DNA of 64,000 nucleotides from Lachnospiraceae bacterium. Its GTDB lineage: Bacteria > Bacillota > Clostridia > Lachnospirales > Lachnospiraceae. A program made the translations under genes and the position numbers. Location of the stretch: positions 69,052-133,051 of the forward strand of contig JAGCUO010000201.1 in NCBI GenBank assembly GCA_017962825.1, given 5' to 3'. The first letter of the stretch is position 1, and every line of letters begins with the position of its first letter. The notes beneath the pieces were generated by a model. That model did not search any database, was not told the origin of the DNA, and saw nothing but the letters and a program-made list of their open reading frames with translations. Below, piece by piece: positions 1 through 10,984 of the stretch.

Positions 1-2
1 TG

Positions 3-1190
3 TATAATACCTGTACCGTAAGAGATAATGCCAATCAGAAACTCTACGGTCATTTGGGAGAAGTTCATTCCAGAAAAAAGAAAAATCCTTCCATGATGGT
101 TGGAATATGCGGATGTCTCCCTCAGGAACCTTCCGCATTTGAACGTCTTAAAAAATCATATTCTTTTGTTGATCTTATCTTCGGAACACATAATCTCTAT
201 GCTTTTCCGGAATATCTGAGCAGACTTCTCAGCGGTGAAAGACATATTTATGAGATCATGGATCACTCGGATAATATTGTCGAAGATCTTCCCGTACTCA
301 GAAAGTATCCATTCAAATCCGGCGTAAATATCATGTTCGGATGCAATAATTTCTGTACCTACTGCATCGTTCCTCATGTAAGAGGAAGAGAAAGAAGCAG
401 GGAGAGTGCGGACATTCTTGCAGAGGTTAAAAAGCTCGCCGATTCCGGAGTTAAAGAAGTCATGCTTCTCGGACAGAATGTTAATTCCTATGGAAACGGA
501 ATCGATAACGAAATCTCATTCCCGGAGCTGCTTAAGAGGACATGTGACATTCCGGGAATCGAAAGAGTCAGATTTATGACCTCACATCCCAAGGATCTTT
601 CTGATGAACTTATCAAAGTCATTAAAGAAAACGAGAAGATCTGCAGACATCTTCACCTTCCTCTTCAGAGCGGTTCATCAAAAGTATTAAAAGAGATGAA
701 CAGAAGATATACCAAAGAGCAGTACCTTGATCTTGCTCTTAAGATTCGTAGTGAGATCCCCGATCTTGCAATGACCACCGATATCATGGTGGGTTTCCCC
801 GGGGAGACGGCTGCAGATGTTGATGATACCATCGATGTTATAAATAAAGTACAGTATGATAATGCGTTTACCTTTATCTATTCCAAGAGAATGGGTACGC
901 CTGCTGCCGTCAGAGAAGATCAGGTTCCCGAAGCTCTTGTAAAAGAAAACTTTGACAGAGTGTTAAAGGTTGTTCAGGAAACCGCAAAAAAGCAGAGCCT
1001 CAGATGGCAGGGACAGGTCCTGGATGCACTGGTAGAGGAAGAGAATTCTTCAATGGATGGATATGTTACCGGAAGACTTTCCAACAATATGATCGTTCAT
1101 TTCGAAGGATGCAAAGAAATGATCGGTAATATCGTCCCCGTCAGACTCGATGAATGCAGAGGCTTCTACTATATGGGAAGCAGGGCTTAA
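3..1190 (+). CDS. miaB: tRNA-2-methylthio-N6-dimethylallyladenosine synthase MiaB, 5' end outside the window
   Basis: Frame is open from nt 3 (YNTCTVRDNA). Radical SAM motif GCNNFCTYC and a C-terminal TRAM-like region; lies before mutS. Confidence 0.95.
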   Translation, partial: YNTCTVRDNANQKLYGHLGEVHSRKKKNPSMMVGICGCLPQEPSAFERLKKSYSFVDLIFGTHNLYAFPEYLSRLLSGERHIYEIMDHSDNIVEDLPVLRKYPFKSGVNIMFGCNNFCTYCIVPHVRGRERSRESADILAEVKKLADSGVKEVMLLGQNVNSYGNGIDNEISFPELLKRTCDIPGIERVRFMTSHPKDLSDELIKVIKENEKICRHLHLPLQSGSSKVLKEMNRRYTKEQYLDLALKIRSEIPDLAMTTDIMVGFPGETAADVDDTIDVINKVQYDNAFTFIYSKRMGTPAAVREDQVPEALVKENFDRVLKVVQETAKKQSLRWQGQVLDALVEEENSSMDGYVTGRLSNNMIVHFEGCKEMIGNIVPVRLDECRGFYYMGSRA

Positions 1191-1203
1191 AAGGAGCACT
1201 AAG

Positions 1204-3870
1204 ATGCCTGATATAAATGATGTTTCGCCTATGATGCAAAATTATCTGGAGACTAAGAAGCAATATCCGGATTCTATATTGTTCTACAGGATAGGTGATT
1301 TCTACGAAATGTTCTTTGATGATGCCGTTCAGGTGTCAAGGGAACTTGAACTTGTTCTTACCGGTAAATCCTGCGGATTGGAAGAGAGAGCGCCCATGTG
1401 CGGCGTTCCTTTTCATGCTGCGGACACTTATGTCTCAAGACTTGTTTCCAAGGGATATAAAGTAGCCATTTGCGAACAGGTAGAAGACCCCAAACTTGCC
1501 AAGGGACTTGTTAAGCGTGAAGTGATCAAGGTTGTCACTCCCGGTACCAATATCAATTCTCTTACACTTGATTCCGGTAAGAACAACTATCTTATGTGTA
1601 TCTGTTATCAGGATAACGGAATCGGTATCAGTGTTGTTGACGTATCAACAGGTGAATTCCTGGTATCTGAGGTATCATCCGTAAATCAGATAAACGATTA
1701 TCTCGGAAGGTTTGAACCTTCGGAGATTATTTGTAATAATGCTTTTTCCGTACAAAGCGATCTTTTAAATTCTATCAAAGAACGATATTCGATTCCCGTA
1801 ACAGTTCTTGATAATGCCGTATTTGAAGAAAAAACGGCAACGGGCGAAGTGCTCAGACAGTTTAAAGTAAAAAGCCTTATTGGACTCGGACTTGATTCCA
1901 TGATCCCCGGTGTACTTGCAGCCGGTGCCTCATTAATATATCTTCACGATACCCAGAAAACAGATCTTGGAAATCTTTCGGAGATTCATCCCTATATTGC
2001 CGATAAATACATGATGCTTGATTCTTCTTCCAGAAGAAATCTTGAGCTTACCGAAACGATACGTGATAAACAAAAGAAGGGATCTCTTCTCGGGGTATTG
2101 GATCGTACAAAGACAGCCATGGGCGGCCGCCTTTTAAGAACATTTCTTGAACAGCCTCTTATAGATGAATCGGAGATCATAAAAAGGCAGGATGCAATCT
2201 CTGCTTTTAATACTAATACCATAGCCAGGGATGAATTAAGGGAATATCTGACTCCCGTATATGATCTCGAAAGACTTCTTGCCAGGATAAGCTTCGGAAC
2301 CGCAACTCCTCCTGATCTTTTGTCCCTTGCTTCTTCACTTCAAATGCTTCCTCATATCAGGACCGTGCTTGAAGATATTCATTCTGAGGAAATCGATGCT
2401 CTCAAAGAAAGATTTGATGTTCTTTCCGACATTGAATCATTGATAACAAATTCCATAAAAGAAGAACCTGAAACTACCATCAGGGACGGAAATATCATTA
2501 AAGACGGTTTTAACGAAGAAGTTGACAGATTAAGAAGTGCCAAGACCGAAGGCAAGGGATGGCTTGCACAGCTGGAAGAATCAGAAAGAGAAAGAACCGG
2601 TATCAAAGGACTTAAGATCAAGTTCCATAAATCCTTCGGATACTTTTTTGAAGTTACCAACTCATATCTTGAAAATGTACCCGATGATTTTATAAGGCGT
2701 CAGACTCTTACCAATTGTGAGAGATTTACTTCGGTCAAATTAAAAGAACTGGAAGATACCGTTCTTAATGCCGAGGAAAAGATCAGGAACCTTGAATACG
2801 ATATTTATTGTCAGATAAGAAATACCGTAGGAGCAGAAAGCGAGAGGATCTTAAAGACTGCAAAGTGCATCGCTTTTCTTGATGTATATACGGATCTTGC
2901 TTATATCGCAGAGGTTAACAGATATGTTAAGCCTCATATTAACAGTAAGGGAATCATCAATATCAAAGAGGGAAGGCATCCCGTTGTTGAGAAGATGCTT
3001 GGCGGTGAACTCTTTGTTTCCAACGATACATTCCTTGATAACTCCTCAAATCTGGTAAGTATCATTACCGGTCCGAATATGGCCGGTAAATCCACATACA
3101 TGAGACAGACTGCACTTATCGTGCTCATGTCCCAGATAGGGTCTTATGTACCTGCATCAAGTGCTGATCTGTGCGTTGTGGATCGTATATTTACCAGAGT
3201 CGGCGCGTCCGATGATCTTGCTTCCGGTCAGTCCACATTCATGATCGAGATGAATGAAGTATCCAATATTTTGAGGAATGCTACTTCAAAGTCACTTCTT
3301 ATTCTCGATGAGATCGGAAGAGGAACCTCTACTTTTGACGGTCTTGCCATCGCATGGGCAGTTATCGAACATATCAGCAATAAGAGGATACTCGGTGCCA
3401 AGACATTATTTGCCACCCATTATCATGAACTTACCGAACTTGAAGGTAAGATAGATAATGTTCATAATTATTGCATTGCGGTTAAAGAATCCGGCGATGA
3501 TATTGTTTTCCTCAGGAAGATCATTAAAGGTGGAGCGGACAGAAGCTACGGAATTCAGGTAGCAAAGCTTGCGGGCGTACCTGATATCGTTATCGACAGA
3601 GCAAAAGAGATTGCTTCTTCCCTTGCGCTTCAGGATATATCCTCCATTGTAGAAACCATCGCAGGAAGCGATTCCGGAAGCGGCAAGCTTAAAAAGGTTA
3701 CCAAGCCGGATGAAGTTGACAGCGGTCAGTTATCATTTTTCGATCTTGTTTCCGATGAAGATCTTCTCAAAGAAATAGAAGACATCGATATACAGAATCT
3801 GACGCCCCTTGATGCTCTTAATACACTTCACAGACTGCAGAACAAGATCAAAAACAGGTATAAAGTATGA
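1204..3870 (+). CDS. mutS: DNA mismatch repair protein MutS
   Basis: GDFYEMF mismatch motif, Walker A GPNMAGKST, LILDEIGRG. ATG at 1204 follows AAGGAG. Confidence 0.97.
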   Translation: MPDINDVSPMMQNYLETKKQYPDSILFYRIGDFYEMFFDDAVQVSRELELVLTGKSCGLEERAPMCGVPFHAADTYVSRLVSKGYKVAICEQVEDPKLAKGLVKREVIKVVTPGTNINSLTLDSGKNNYLMCICYQDNGIGISVVDVSTGEFLVSEVSSVNQINDYLGRFEPSEIICNNAFSVQSDLLNSIKERYSIPVTVLDNAVFEEKTATGEVLRQFKVKSLIGLGLDSMIPGVLAAGASLIYLHDTQKTDLGNLSEIHPYIADKYMMLDSSSRRNLELTETIRDKQKKGSLLGVLDRTKTAMGGRLLRTFLEQPLIDESEIIKRQDAISAFNTNTIARDELREYLTPVYDLERLLARISFGTATPPDLLSLASSLQMLPHIRTVLEDIHSEEIDALKERFDVLSDIESLITNSIKEEPETTIRDGNIIKDGFNEEVDRLRSAKTEGKGWLAQLEESERERTGIKGLKIKFHKSFGYFFEVTNSYLENVPDDFIRRQTLTNCERFTSVKLKELEDTVLNAEEKIRNLEYDIYCQIRNTVGAESERILKTAKCIAFLDVYTDLAYIAEVNRYVKPHINSKGIINIKEGRHPVVEKMLGGELFVSNDTFLDNSSNLVSIITGPNMAGKSTYMRQTALIVLMSQIGSYVPASSADLCVVDRIFTRVGASDDLASGQSTFMIEMNEVSNILRNATSKSLLILDEIGRGTSTFDGLAIAWAVIEHISNKRILGAKTLFATHYHELTELEGKIDNVHNYCIAVKESGDDIVFLRKIIKGGADRSYGIQVAKLAGVPDIVIDRAKEIASSLALQDISSIVETIAGSDSGSGKLKKVTKPDEVDSGQLSFFDLVSDEDLLKEIEDIDIQNLTPLDALNTLHRLQNKIKNRYKV

Positions 3871-5831
3871 TCAAAGTATTAGACAAGGAAACCATAGACA
3901 GGATCTCGGCAGGGGAGGTAGTGGAAAGACCTTCGAATGTCGTAAAAGAACTTGTTGAAAATGCGATCGATTCCGGTGCAAAGGCCATAACCGTAGAGAT
4001 CAAGGCAGGCGGCCTTGATATGATACGTGTTACCGACAACGGATGCGGTATCGATCCTTCAGAGATGAAGACAGCATTTTTGCGACATGCTACCAGTAAG
4101 ATCGAAGAAGCCGCAGATCTTGACTCCATTACGACTCTTGGATTCAGGGGAGAAGCTCTTGCAAGTATCTGTGCCGTTTCCGAGACTGAAATGATATCTG
4201 CCCTTCAGGGTTCTCTTACCGGAAACAGACTTATTATCCGCGGAGGCGAAGAGGTTTCTTTTGAGGAGATCGGAGCTCCCGCAGGTACCACCGTCATAGT
4301 CAGAAACCTTTTCTATAACACACCCGCCAGAAAGAAATTCCTTAAGACCAATTCTACGGAAGGCTCTTATGTAGCGGAACTTATGGAAAAGATCGCTCTT
4401 TCTCATCCTGAGATCTCATTCCAGTATTCCATGGATAATCGTTCCAGATTCCATACATCCGGTAACGGCGACCTCATGGAGGTGATCTTCAGAGTATTCG
4501 GAAGAGAAACAGCAGGAAGTCTTGTTCCCATAGAATATGAAAATGACAGGTTTAAAGTAAGCGGTTTTTTGGGAAAGCCTGAGATCATAAGATCTAACCG
4601 CAATATGGAAATTTATTTCCTGAACGGCAGATATGTTAAGAATAATTTTATCTCTACCGCCATTGAAGAAGGTTACAGGGAATATCTTATGCTTCATAAG
4701 TTCCCTGTCGTGTTCCTTAACTTTACCATTGATCCTTCCAAGGTTGATGTTAATGTTCACCCGACTAAATTGGATGTCAGGATATCTGATCAGCAGATGT
4801 TCTTTGCTTTTGTTTCATCCTCAATACATGATGTGATGACCAAAGCGGAGATGATCCCGGAAAATATTCTCACAAGTGATGCTGATAAAAAAGAAGCTGC
4901 CAAAGAAAGTGCAGAGGAAGTTGCTTCCGGTAAAAATCCCGAACCTTTTGAGTTTAAGAGAACAGGATTTTCCGGTATCGAAAACACAGTAAAAGCTTTT
5001 TCACAGACTGTATCAAAGCCGTCTTTAACTTCTTTTGATTATAAATTCGAACCTGATCCATCCGACACCTCCAATGTATCTGAGGATCTGTTTTTCGAAG
5101 ATGAGAGAAAAGATTCCGGTAAAAAAGAAGAAAATATATCTTTTGCTGAACCCGGATCAAATGAAAAAACCGCTGCTGAGGATTTCTTGGAACAGAATTC
5201 ATTTAAGCAGACTCAGCTCTTTGAAGATCATCTTCTTGATAAGGATAAAAGAGACTCTTATAAGATCATCGGTCAGATATTCGATACATACTGGATAGTC
5301 CAGTATGAGCAACAGATGTTTATTATAGATCAGCATGCGGCTCATGAAAAAGTAAACTACGAAAGATTCGTAAAAAGGATACATGCCGGCGAGCATCCGA
5401 CTCAGATGTTAATGCCTCCCATTATAGTAACTCTTACAGGTGCTGAAGAATCGGTTTTGAATGATAATCTGGAAAGTTTTAAAAATATCGGATTTGATAT
5501 CGAAAACTTCGGAGGCAATGAATATGCGCTAAGGGGAGTTCCAACGGATCTTTTCAGACATTCGGAAAAAGAGCTTTTCCTCGCCATTCTAGATGAACTA
5601 TCGGAAAATCCGGGACTCGGAAGTTTCAAGACCATCGATGAGAAGATTGCGGGAATGGCATGTAAGGCTTCCGTTAAAGGCGGAGACCGCATAGGATTCG
5701 AACAGGCTCAGAAGCTCATTGATGAGCTTCTTACACTGGACAATCCATATAATTGTCCCCACGGAAGACCCACAATAATATCCATTACCAAAAATGATAT
5801 GGAAAAGAAATTCCAGAGAATAGTAAACTGA
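3867..5831 (+). CDS. mutL: DNA mismatch repair endonuclease MutL
   Basis: GEVVERP and GFRGEAL ATPase motifs; endonuclease motif DQHAAHEKVNYE; CPHGRP. Confidence 0.97.
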   Translation: MIKVLDKETIDRISAGEVVERPSNVVKELVENAIDSGAKAITVEIKAGGLDMIRVTDNGCGIDPSEMKTAFLRHATSKIEEAADLDSITTLGFRGEALASICAVSETEMISALQGSLTGNRLIIRGGEEVSFEEIGAPAGTTVIVRNLFYNTPARKKFLKTNSTEGSYVAELMEKIALSHPEISFQYSMDNRSRFHTSGNGDLMEVIFRVFGRETAGSLVPIEYENDRFKVSGFLGKPEIIRSNRNMEIYFLNGRYVKNNFISTAIEEGYREYLMLHKFPVVFLNFTIDPSKVDVNVHPTKLDVRISDQQMFFAFVSSSIHDVMTKAEMIPENILTSDADKKEAAKESAEEVASGKNPEPFEFKRTGFSGIENTVKAFSQTVSKPSLTSFDYKFEPDPSDTSNVSEDLFFEDERKDSGKKEENISFAEPGSNEKTAAEDFLEQNSFKQTQLFEDHLLDKDKRDSYKIIGQIFDTYWIVQYEQQMFIIDQHAAHEKVNYERFVKRIHAGEHPTQMLMPPIIVTLTGAEESVLNDNLESFKNIGFDIENFGGNEYALRGVPTDLFRHSEKELFLAILDELSENPGLGSFKTIDEKIAGMACKASVKGGDRIGFEQAQKLIDELLTLDNPYNCPHGRPTIISITKNDMEKKFQRIVN

Positions 5832-6787
5832 TGAATTCTAAACCACCTCTTATTATCCTATCCGGTCCCACTGCAACAGGCAAAACCGATCTGTCTGTTT
5901 TATTTGCTCTGCAGCATGATCTCGAGATCATATCGGCGGATTCGGCTCAGGTTTACAGGGGGATGAATATCGGAAGTGCCAAGATTACGGAAGAAGAAAA
6001 AAAGGGTATTCCGCATCACCTGATAGATGTATGTGATATAAAAGAGGATTATTCCGCATTCCGTTTTAAGGAGATGGCGGAAGAAGCTATTGCGGACATT
6101 TATAAGAGAGGTAAGATTCCTCTTGTTGTGGGTGGAACCGGATTTTATATTCAGGCTCTTTTAAAGGGAGTGAATTTCGATGACGAAGGTCCTGATGAGA
6201 AATACCGGAGTATGCTTCAGTCTTTGGCTGATGAAAAGGGTATTTCTTATATCCATGAAATGCTTAAGGAGATCGACCCCGAAAGTGCCGTAAAAATCCC
6301 CGAAGGCAATGTTAAAAGAGTTATAAGGGCGCTTGAATACCATCATCTTACCGGTAAAAAGATCTCTGAGCATAATGAAGAAGAAAGTAAAAGAGCATCA
6401 AAGTATAACTCTGCTTATTTTGTTCTTATGGATGATCGGGATCTTATGTATGAGCGCATAGACAAAAGAGTTGATAAAATGATGGATGCCGGTCTTGAAA
6501 GGGAGGTTCGCTCTCTTCTTGAAAACGGAGCGGATCCTTCAATGGTTTCCATGCAGGCTATCGGATATAAGGAGATGATCCCCTATATAAAAGGAGAATA
6601 TTCGCTTGAGGAAGCCGTATATCAGATCAAATTAAGAACAAGGCATTTTGCAAAAAGACAGGTTACGTGGTATAAAAGAGAACCTGATGTCATATATATT
6701 AATCGCGGCGAATTTAACAACGATAATGAAAAAATGTCTGAATTTATGTACCGCGAATGTTTGAAAAGAGGAATCTTAAATGAATGA
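5831..6787 (+). CDS. miaA: tRNA dimethylallyltransferase MiaA
   Basis: GPTATGKT, ISADSAQVY, VGGTGFY, AKRQVTW; follows mutL. Confidence 0.96.
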   Translation: MNSKPPLIILSGPTATGKTDLSVLFALQHDLEIISADSAQVYRGMNIGSAKITEEEKKGIPHHLIDVCDIKEDYSAFRFKEMAEEAIADIYKRGKIPLVVGGTGFYIQALLKGVNFDDEGPDEKYRSMLQSLADEKGISYIHEMLKEIDPESAVKIPEGNVKRVIRALEYHHLTGKKISEHNEEESKRASKYNSAYFVLMDDRDLMYERIDKRVDKMMDAGLEREVRSLLENGADPSMVSMQAIGYKEMIPYIKGEYSLEEAVYQIKLRTRHFAKRQVTWYKREPDVIYINRGEFNNDNEKMSEFMYRECLKRGILNE

Positions 6788-8066
6788 AGTTTCAAAGCAG
6801 CTTTACAGGGAACTGGGAATAAGCGATAAAGTCATAGAGATCTCGGAGGAGGTTCTGTTTTCTCTTAAAGAAAGATTCGACAGGATCGATGAAAATGCAG
6901 ATTTTTGTACTCTTAAGGTATTAAAGGCTTTCCAGAAAAACAATGTAAATGAAAGCTGTCTTATGGGTACCACCGGATACGGATATAACGACCTTGGAAG
7001 AGAAACTCTCGAAAAGGTCTATTCGGATTATTTTCATACAGAGGACTGTCTCGTAAGACCTCAGATAACCTGCGGAACTCATGCTCTTGCACTTGCTCTT
7101 ATGAGTAATTTAAGACCCGGCGATGAGCTTGTCAGTGCTGTCGGAAAACCCTATGACACTCTTGAAGAAGTCATCGGTATACGCCCATCAGTAGGGTCTC
7201 TGGCTGAGTACGGTATTACCTATGCTCAGGCTGATCTGAACGAAGACGGTACTCCGAATTTGGACAATATCAGAAATGCCATCTCGGACAAGACCAAAGT
7301 AGTTACCATCCAGAGATCTAAGGGGTATCAGACCAGACCTTCACTTTCGGTCGAGACCATTGGAGAGATCATCAAGACCGTTAAGTCCGTGAGTAGTGAC
7401 ATTATCTGCATGGTAGATAACTGCTACGGTGAATTTGTGGAGCCCATTGAGCCTTCGGATGTGGGCGCTGACATGGTAGTAGGCTCCCTTATCAAGAATC
7501 CCGGAGGCGGACTTGCGCAGGTGGGCGGATATATTGCCGGTACCAAGGATTGCATCGAAAAGTGTTCTTACAGGCTTACTGCCCCCGGCCTCGGAAGAGA
7601 AGTGGGTCCATCCCTTGAAGCTCTTCCCAGAATGTATCAGGGCTTTTTCATGGCGCCTACCGTAACCGCTTCGGCTTTAAAGAGCGCTATCTTTGCGGCT
7701 AATCTCTACGAAAAGTTCGGATTTGAGGCATTTCCTTCCGGAAAAGAAGACAGACATGACATCATTCAGGCCATTACTTTCGGTAAACCCGAGGGGCTTA
7801 TAGCTTTTTGTGAAGGGATACAGGCTGCGGCTCCCGTGGATTCATCATTTGCTCCCGAACCCTGGGATATGCCCGGATACGATTCCAAGGTAATAATGGC
7901 TGCAGGGGCCTTTGTTTCAGGGTCATCCATCGAGCTTTCTGCAGACGGTCCTTTAAGAGATCCTTATACCGCTTATTTCCAGGGCGGAATCACTTGGTCA
8001 CACGGTAAATTCGGTATTATCAAGTCATTCCAAACTCTGGTGGATAAAGGCCTCATTTTGTGTTAA
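6780..8066 (+). CDS. PLP-dependent methionine gamma-lyase family / aluminium-resistance (YnbB-like) protein
   Basis: GYGYNDLGR, VDNCYGEF and GSLIKNPGGG (PLP lysine). Confidence 0.88.
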   Translation: MNEVSKQLYRELGISDKVIEISEEVLFSLKERFDRIDENADFCTLKVLKAFQKNNVNESCLMGTTGYGYNDLGRETLEKVYSDYFHTEDCLVRPQITCGTHALALALMSNLRPGDELVSAVGKPYDTLEEVIGIRPSVGSLAEYGITYAQADLNEDGTPNLDNIRNAISDKTKVVTIQRSKGYQTRPSLSVETIGEIIKTVKSVSSDIICMVDNCYGEFVEPIEPSDVGADMVVGSLIKNPGGGLAQVGGYIAGTKDCIEKCSYRLTAPGLGREVGPSLEALPRMYQGFFMAPTVTASALKSAIFAANLYEKFGFEAFPSGKEDRHDIIQAITFGKPEGLIAFCEGIQAAAPVDSSFAPEPWDMPGYDSKVIMAAGAFVSGSSIELSADGPLRDPYTAYFQGGITWSHGKFGIIKSFQTLVDKGLILC

Positions 8067-8127
8067 AATATCAAAGATTGCGAAAATCGATATATTTGCA
8101 ATCAGGTGTTATTTTTGGAGACGTTTA

Positions 8128-8370
8128 ATGAGATATAAGGGATGGGGTTTATTTTTTCTGGTGATCATCGGGTTTATACTCGGTAATCTCCTCGGAACGC
8201 ATTGCAATATCGAGTTTTTATCCTATGGCGGTCAGTTCGGTCTTACTTCGCCACTGGAACTGAATCTCGGTTTTGTCATGCTTACATTCGGAATTACATT
8301 TAATATCACGATTGCCGGCATCCTTGGAATGGTTGCCGCATTTGTGGCTTATAAATTTATGAGGATCTGA
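8128..8370 (+). CDS. Small membrane protein, DUF4321-like
   Basis: Hydrophobic 80 aa with P..LNLGF..LTFG...NI pattern; position before radC. Confidence 0.7.
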   Translation: MRYKGWGLFFLVIIGFILGNLLGTHCNIEFLSYGGQFGLTSPLELNLGFVMLTFGITFNITIAGILGMVAAFVAYKFMRI

Positions 8371-8403
8371 TATGCGTTGCCCCGGAGAAGGGGAAAGGCG
8401 CAT

Positions 8404-9093
8404 ATGATAGAAAATACAAATTCAAACAGTGAAAAGCCCTATGAGAGGTTTATGACCATGGGGGCGGAGAGCCTGACGGACGCGGAACTTCTTGCGATAA
8501 TCCTAAGGACAGGAATGAAGGGCTTTGATGCTGTTTCATTATCCAAGGAAGTCTTAAAGCTGGGGAAATACCCCAGAACCGGATTTTTGGGATTGTACGA
8601 TACGGATATTCAGACACTTGAGAAAATATCCGGAATAGGCAGGGTAAAAGCTATCAAGCTTAAAGCACTTGCGGAGATATCCAAAAGGATGCATGAGGCC
8701 AAGCTTGCCGAAGGTTTAAATGTTTCGAATGCTTCATCCGTTGCGGATTTCTATATGGAACGGATGAGACATTATAAATGCGAGAGAGTACTGCTTCTCA
8801 GTATTGATTCAAAAGGCAAAGTATTAAGAGAATCGGAGATTTCCAAAGGCAGCGTTAATAAAGCACTTGTTTCCGTAAGATCTGTCATGATGGAAGCTCT
8901 GGATGCCGAAGCGGTTCATCTGATCCTTATGCACAATCATCCGAGCGGGGATCCGACTCCTTCCGCCAATGATAATGAGCTCACAAAGACGCTTTTCGAG
9001 AGCTGTAAACTTATGGAGATCCCGCTTTTGGATCATATAATAATCGGTGATAATCTTTATTACAGTTATAACGAATCAGGACTATTACGGTAA
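8404..9093 (+). CDS. radC: RadC family JAB-domain protein
   Basis: PYERF..GAESLTDAELLAIIL, HNHPSGDPTPS, LLDHIIIG; usual position before mreB. Confidence 0.93.
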   Translation: MIENTNSNSEKPYERFMTMGAESLTDAELLAIILRTGMKGFDAVSLSKEVLKLGKYPRTGFLGLYDTDIQTLEKISGIGRVKAIKLKALAEISKRMHEAKLAEGLNVSNASSVADFYMERMRHYKCERVLLLSIDSKGKVLRESEISKGSVNKALVSVRSVMMEALDAEAVHLILMHNHPSGDPTPSANDNELTKTLFESCKLMEIPLLDHIIIGDNLYYSYNESGLLR

Positions 9094-9107
9094 AGAAAGG
9101 AAATATT

Positions 9108-10118
9108 ATGCCGGCTAATGCTTACGGTATCGATCTTGGTACCAATCACATCAAGATTTTTAACAACAATGACAGCACGATCACCATTCAGAAGAATATG
9201 ATCGCCATAAAAGACGAAAGTGAATTTTTTGCTTACGGTGATTCGGCGTATGAAATGCACGAAAAAGCACCTGCAAATATTCAGATCTCTTATCCTTTAA
9301 GCTGCGGTGTAATATCCGATCTTCACAATGTTGAACTGCTTGTTAAGTACATAATCAGCGATCTGCAGGGAGGAAGCCCCAAGAATGCAGACTTCCTTAT
9401 CGCTGTTCCTTATGATATCACCGATGTTGAAAAGAGAGCTTTCTATGATCTTCTCAAAGAAGCCGGTGTAAAAGCTCATAAGATCTATGTTACGCAGATG
9501 GCTATTGCCGACGGTGTTGGAATGGGCATAGATGTTAAGAATTCCGTCGGAGTACTTGTGGTAAACGTAGGATTTGAAACCACCGAGATCTCCGTATTAT
9601 CCCTGGGCGGCATCGTTCTTTCCAAGCTTATTAAAGAGGGCGGACTTAAATTCGATGATTCCATCAGAGCTGCGGTCAGAAATGAATTCGGTCTTATGAT
9701 CGGCGGAAAGACTGCAGAGGAAGTTAAGAAGAATCTTAAAGATCTTGAGAAAAACAATAAGGGAGCTACCGTATACGGCAGAGATATCGTAACCGGTCTT
9801 CCCGTTCAGAGAGAGATACCCACCAAACTTATCGTTGATTCTTTGGAAAGCGACTTCAAGACTATCATCGATAATATCAAATTCATCCTTGAGAGAACTC
9901 CCCCTGAGCTTTCCGCAGATATTTTCAGAAACGGAATTTATCTGACCGGAGGAGCAAGCCAGGTTTCACATCTGGTTGAAAGGATAGCGGACGGTACCGG
10001 TCTTAAAGTTAATGTAACCGATGAGCCCCTTACATCCACAGCATACGGGCTCGGAAGAATAATTCAGGATCCGGAATATTCCGGTCTGGCACAGAGTGCC
10101 GAGGGCATGGGTAAATGA
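9108..10118 (+). CDS. mreB: Rod shape-determining protein MreB (divergent)
   Basis: GIDLGT, ILERTPPELSADI, YLTGG; directly upstream of mreC and mreD. Confidence 0.85.
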   Translation: MPANAYGIDLGTNHIKIFNNNDSTITIQKNMIAIKDESEFFAYGDSAYEMHEKAPANIQISYPLSCGVISDLHNVELLVKYIISDLQGGSPKNADFLIAVPYDITDVEKRAFYDLLKEAGVKAHKIYVTQMAIADGVGMGIDVKNSVGVLVVNVGFETTEISVLSLGGIVLSKLIKEGGLKFDDSIRAAVRNEFGLMIGGKTAEEVKKNLKDLEKNNKGATVYGRDIVTGLPVQREIPTKLIVDSLESDFKTIIDNIKFILERTPPELSADIFRNGIYLTGGASQVSHLVERIADGTGLKVNVTDEPLTSTAYGLGRIIQDPEYSGLAQSAEGMGK

Positions 10119-10984
10119 GTCCTGTCGTAAAATCCAAGGGGGAGAGATTTACACTGCCAAGTAAATATCTCCTCCTTATTTTAACTTGTATATGCATTAT
10201 CCTGATGGTGCTGACATACGGTACCGGTATTTTTGATGTACCTGTAAATTCGGCTGTAGGCAGAATAATCGTCCCTTTTGAGAAGGGTGTTTCAAGAGCC
10301 GGAGAGTGGCTGAGAAACAGAAAAGAAGAGCTTACATCCGTCAGAAGTCTTCTGGAAGAAAACGAAAGACTCAGGGAACAGATCGACGCACTTACAGAGG
10401 AAAATCTGATCCTTACTCAGGAAAGATATGAACTCACGGATATGCAGGCGCTTCTCGGCCTTTCAGAGGTTTATTATTCCTATGATAAAGTAGGTGCCAG
10501 AGTAATCTTTAAGGATGCCGGTAACTGGTACAGTTCATTTATCATAGATAAGGGAACTGATGACGGTCTTTCCGTTGATATGAATGTAATAGCGGGAGGA
10601 GGCCTTGTAGGAAGGATAACCAAGATCGGACCCAACTGGGCCAGGGTTACCTCCATTATCTCTGACGGAGTTAATGTCAGCGGTCAGGTTGTTTCTTCGG
10701 ATCTTACGCTTATGGTCAGCGGAGATCTTACTCTTGTTGACAGAGGACTTCTTAATTTCTCTCTTTTGTCGGATCCGGATGGTCTTGTAGTAAAGGGAGA
10801 TAAAGTTGTAGTCAGTAATATAAGTGATAAATATTTGCCCGGACTGCTCATAGGCTATATTGATTCTGTTCAAAACGACCCCAATAACCTGACTAAATCC
10901 GGGACCATTTCTGTTGCTACGGACTTCGATCACCTTTCGGTTGTTTTGGTGATCACTGATTTAAAAGATTACGATTACGAATGA
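10115..10984 (+). CDS. mreC: Rod shape-determining protein MreC
   Basis: N-terminal TM, coiled coil, IDKGTDDG, GLVGRI, PGLLIG. Confidence 0.93.
   Translation: MSPVVKSKGERFTLPSKYLLLILTCICIILMVLTYGTGIFDVPVNSAVGRIIVPFEKGVSRAGEWLRNRKEELTSVRSLLEENERLREQIDALTEENLILTQERYELTDMQALLGLSEVYYSYDKVGARVIFKDAGNWYSSFIIDKGTDDGLSVDMNVIAGGGLVGRITKIGPNWARVTSIISDGVNVSGQVVSSDLTLMVSGDLTLVDRGLLNFSLLSDPDGLVVKGDKVVVSNISDKYLPGLLIGYIDSVQNDPNNLTKSGTISVATDFDHLSVVLVITDLKDYDYE

Noticed and set aside
6770-6790. No hfq after miaA
   Set aside because: The observation is real (miaA overlaps the next gene), but hfq is patchy in Firmicutes, so it says little.
8404-9093. radC as a mobile-element marker
   Set aside because: It is the full-length form in the usual chromosomal position before mreBCD.
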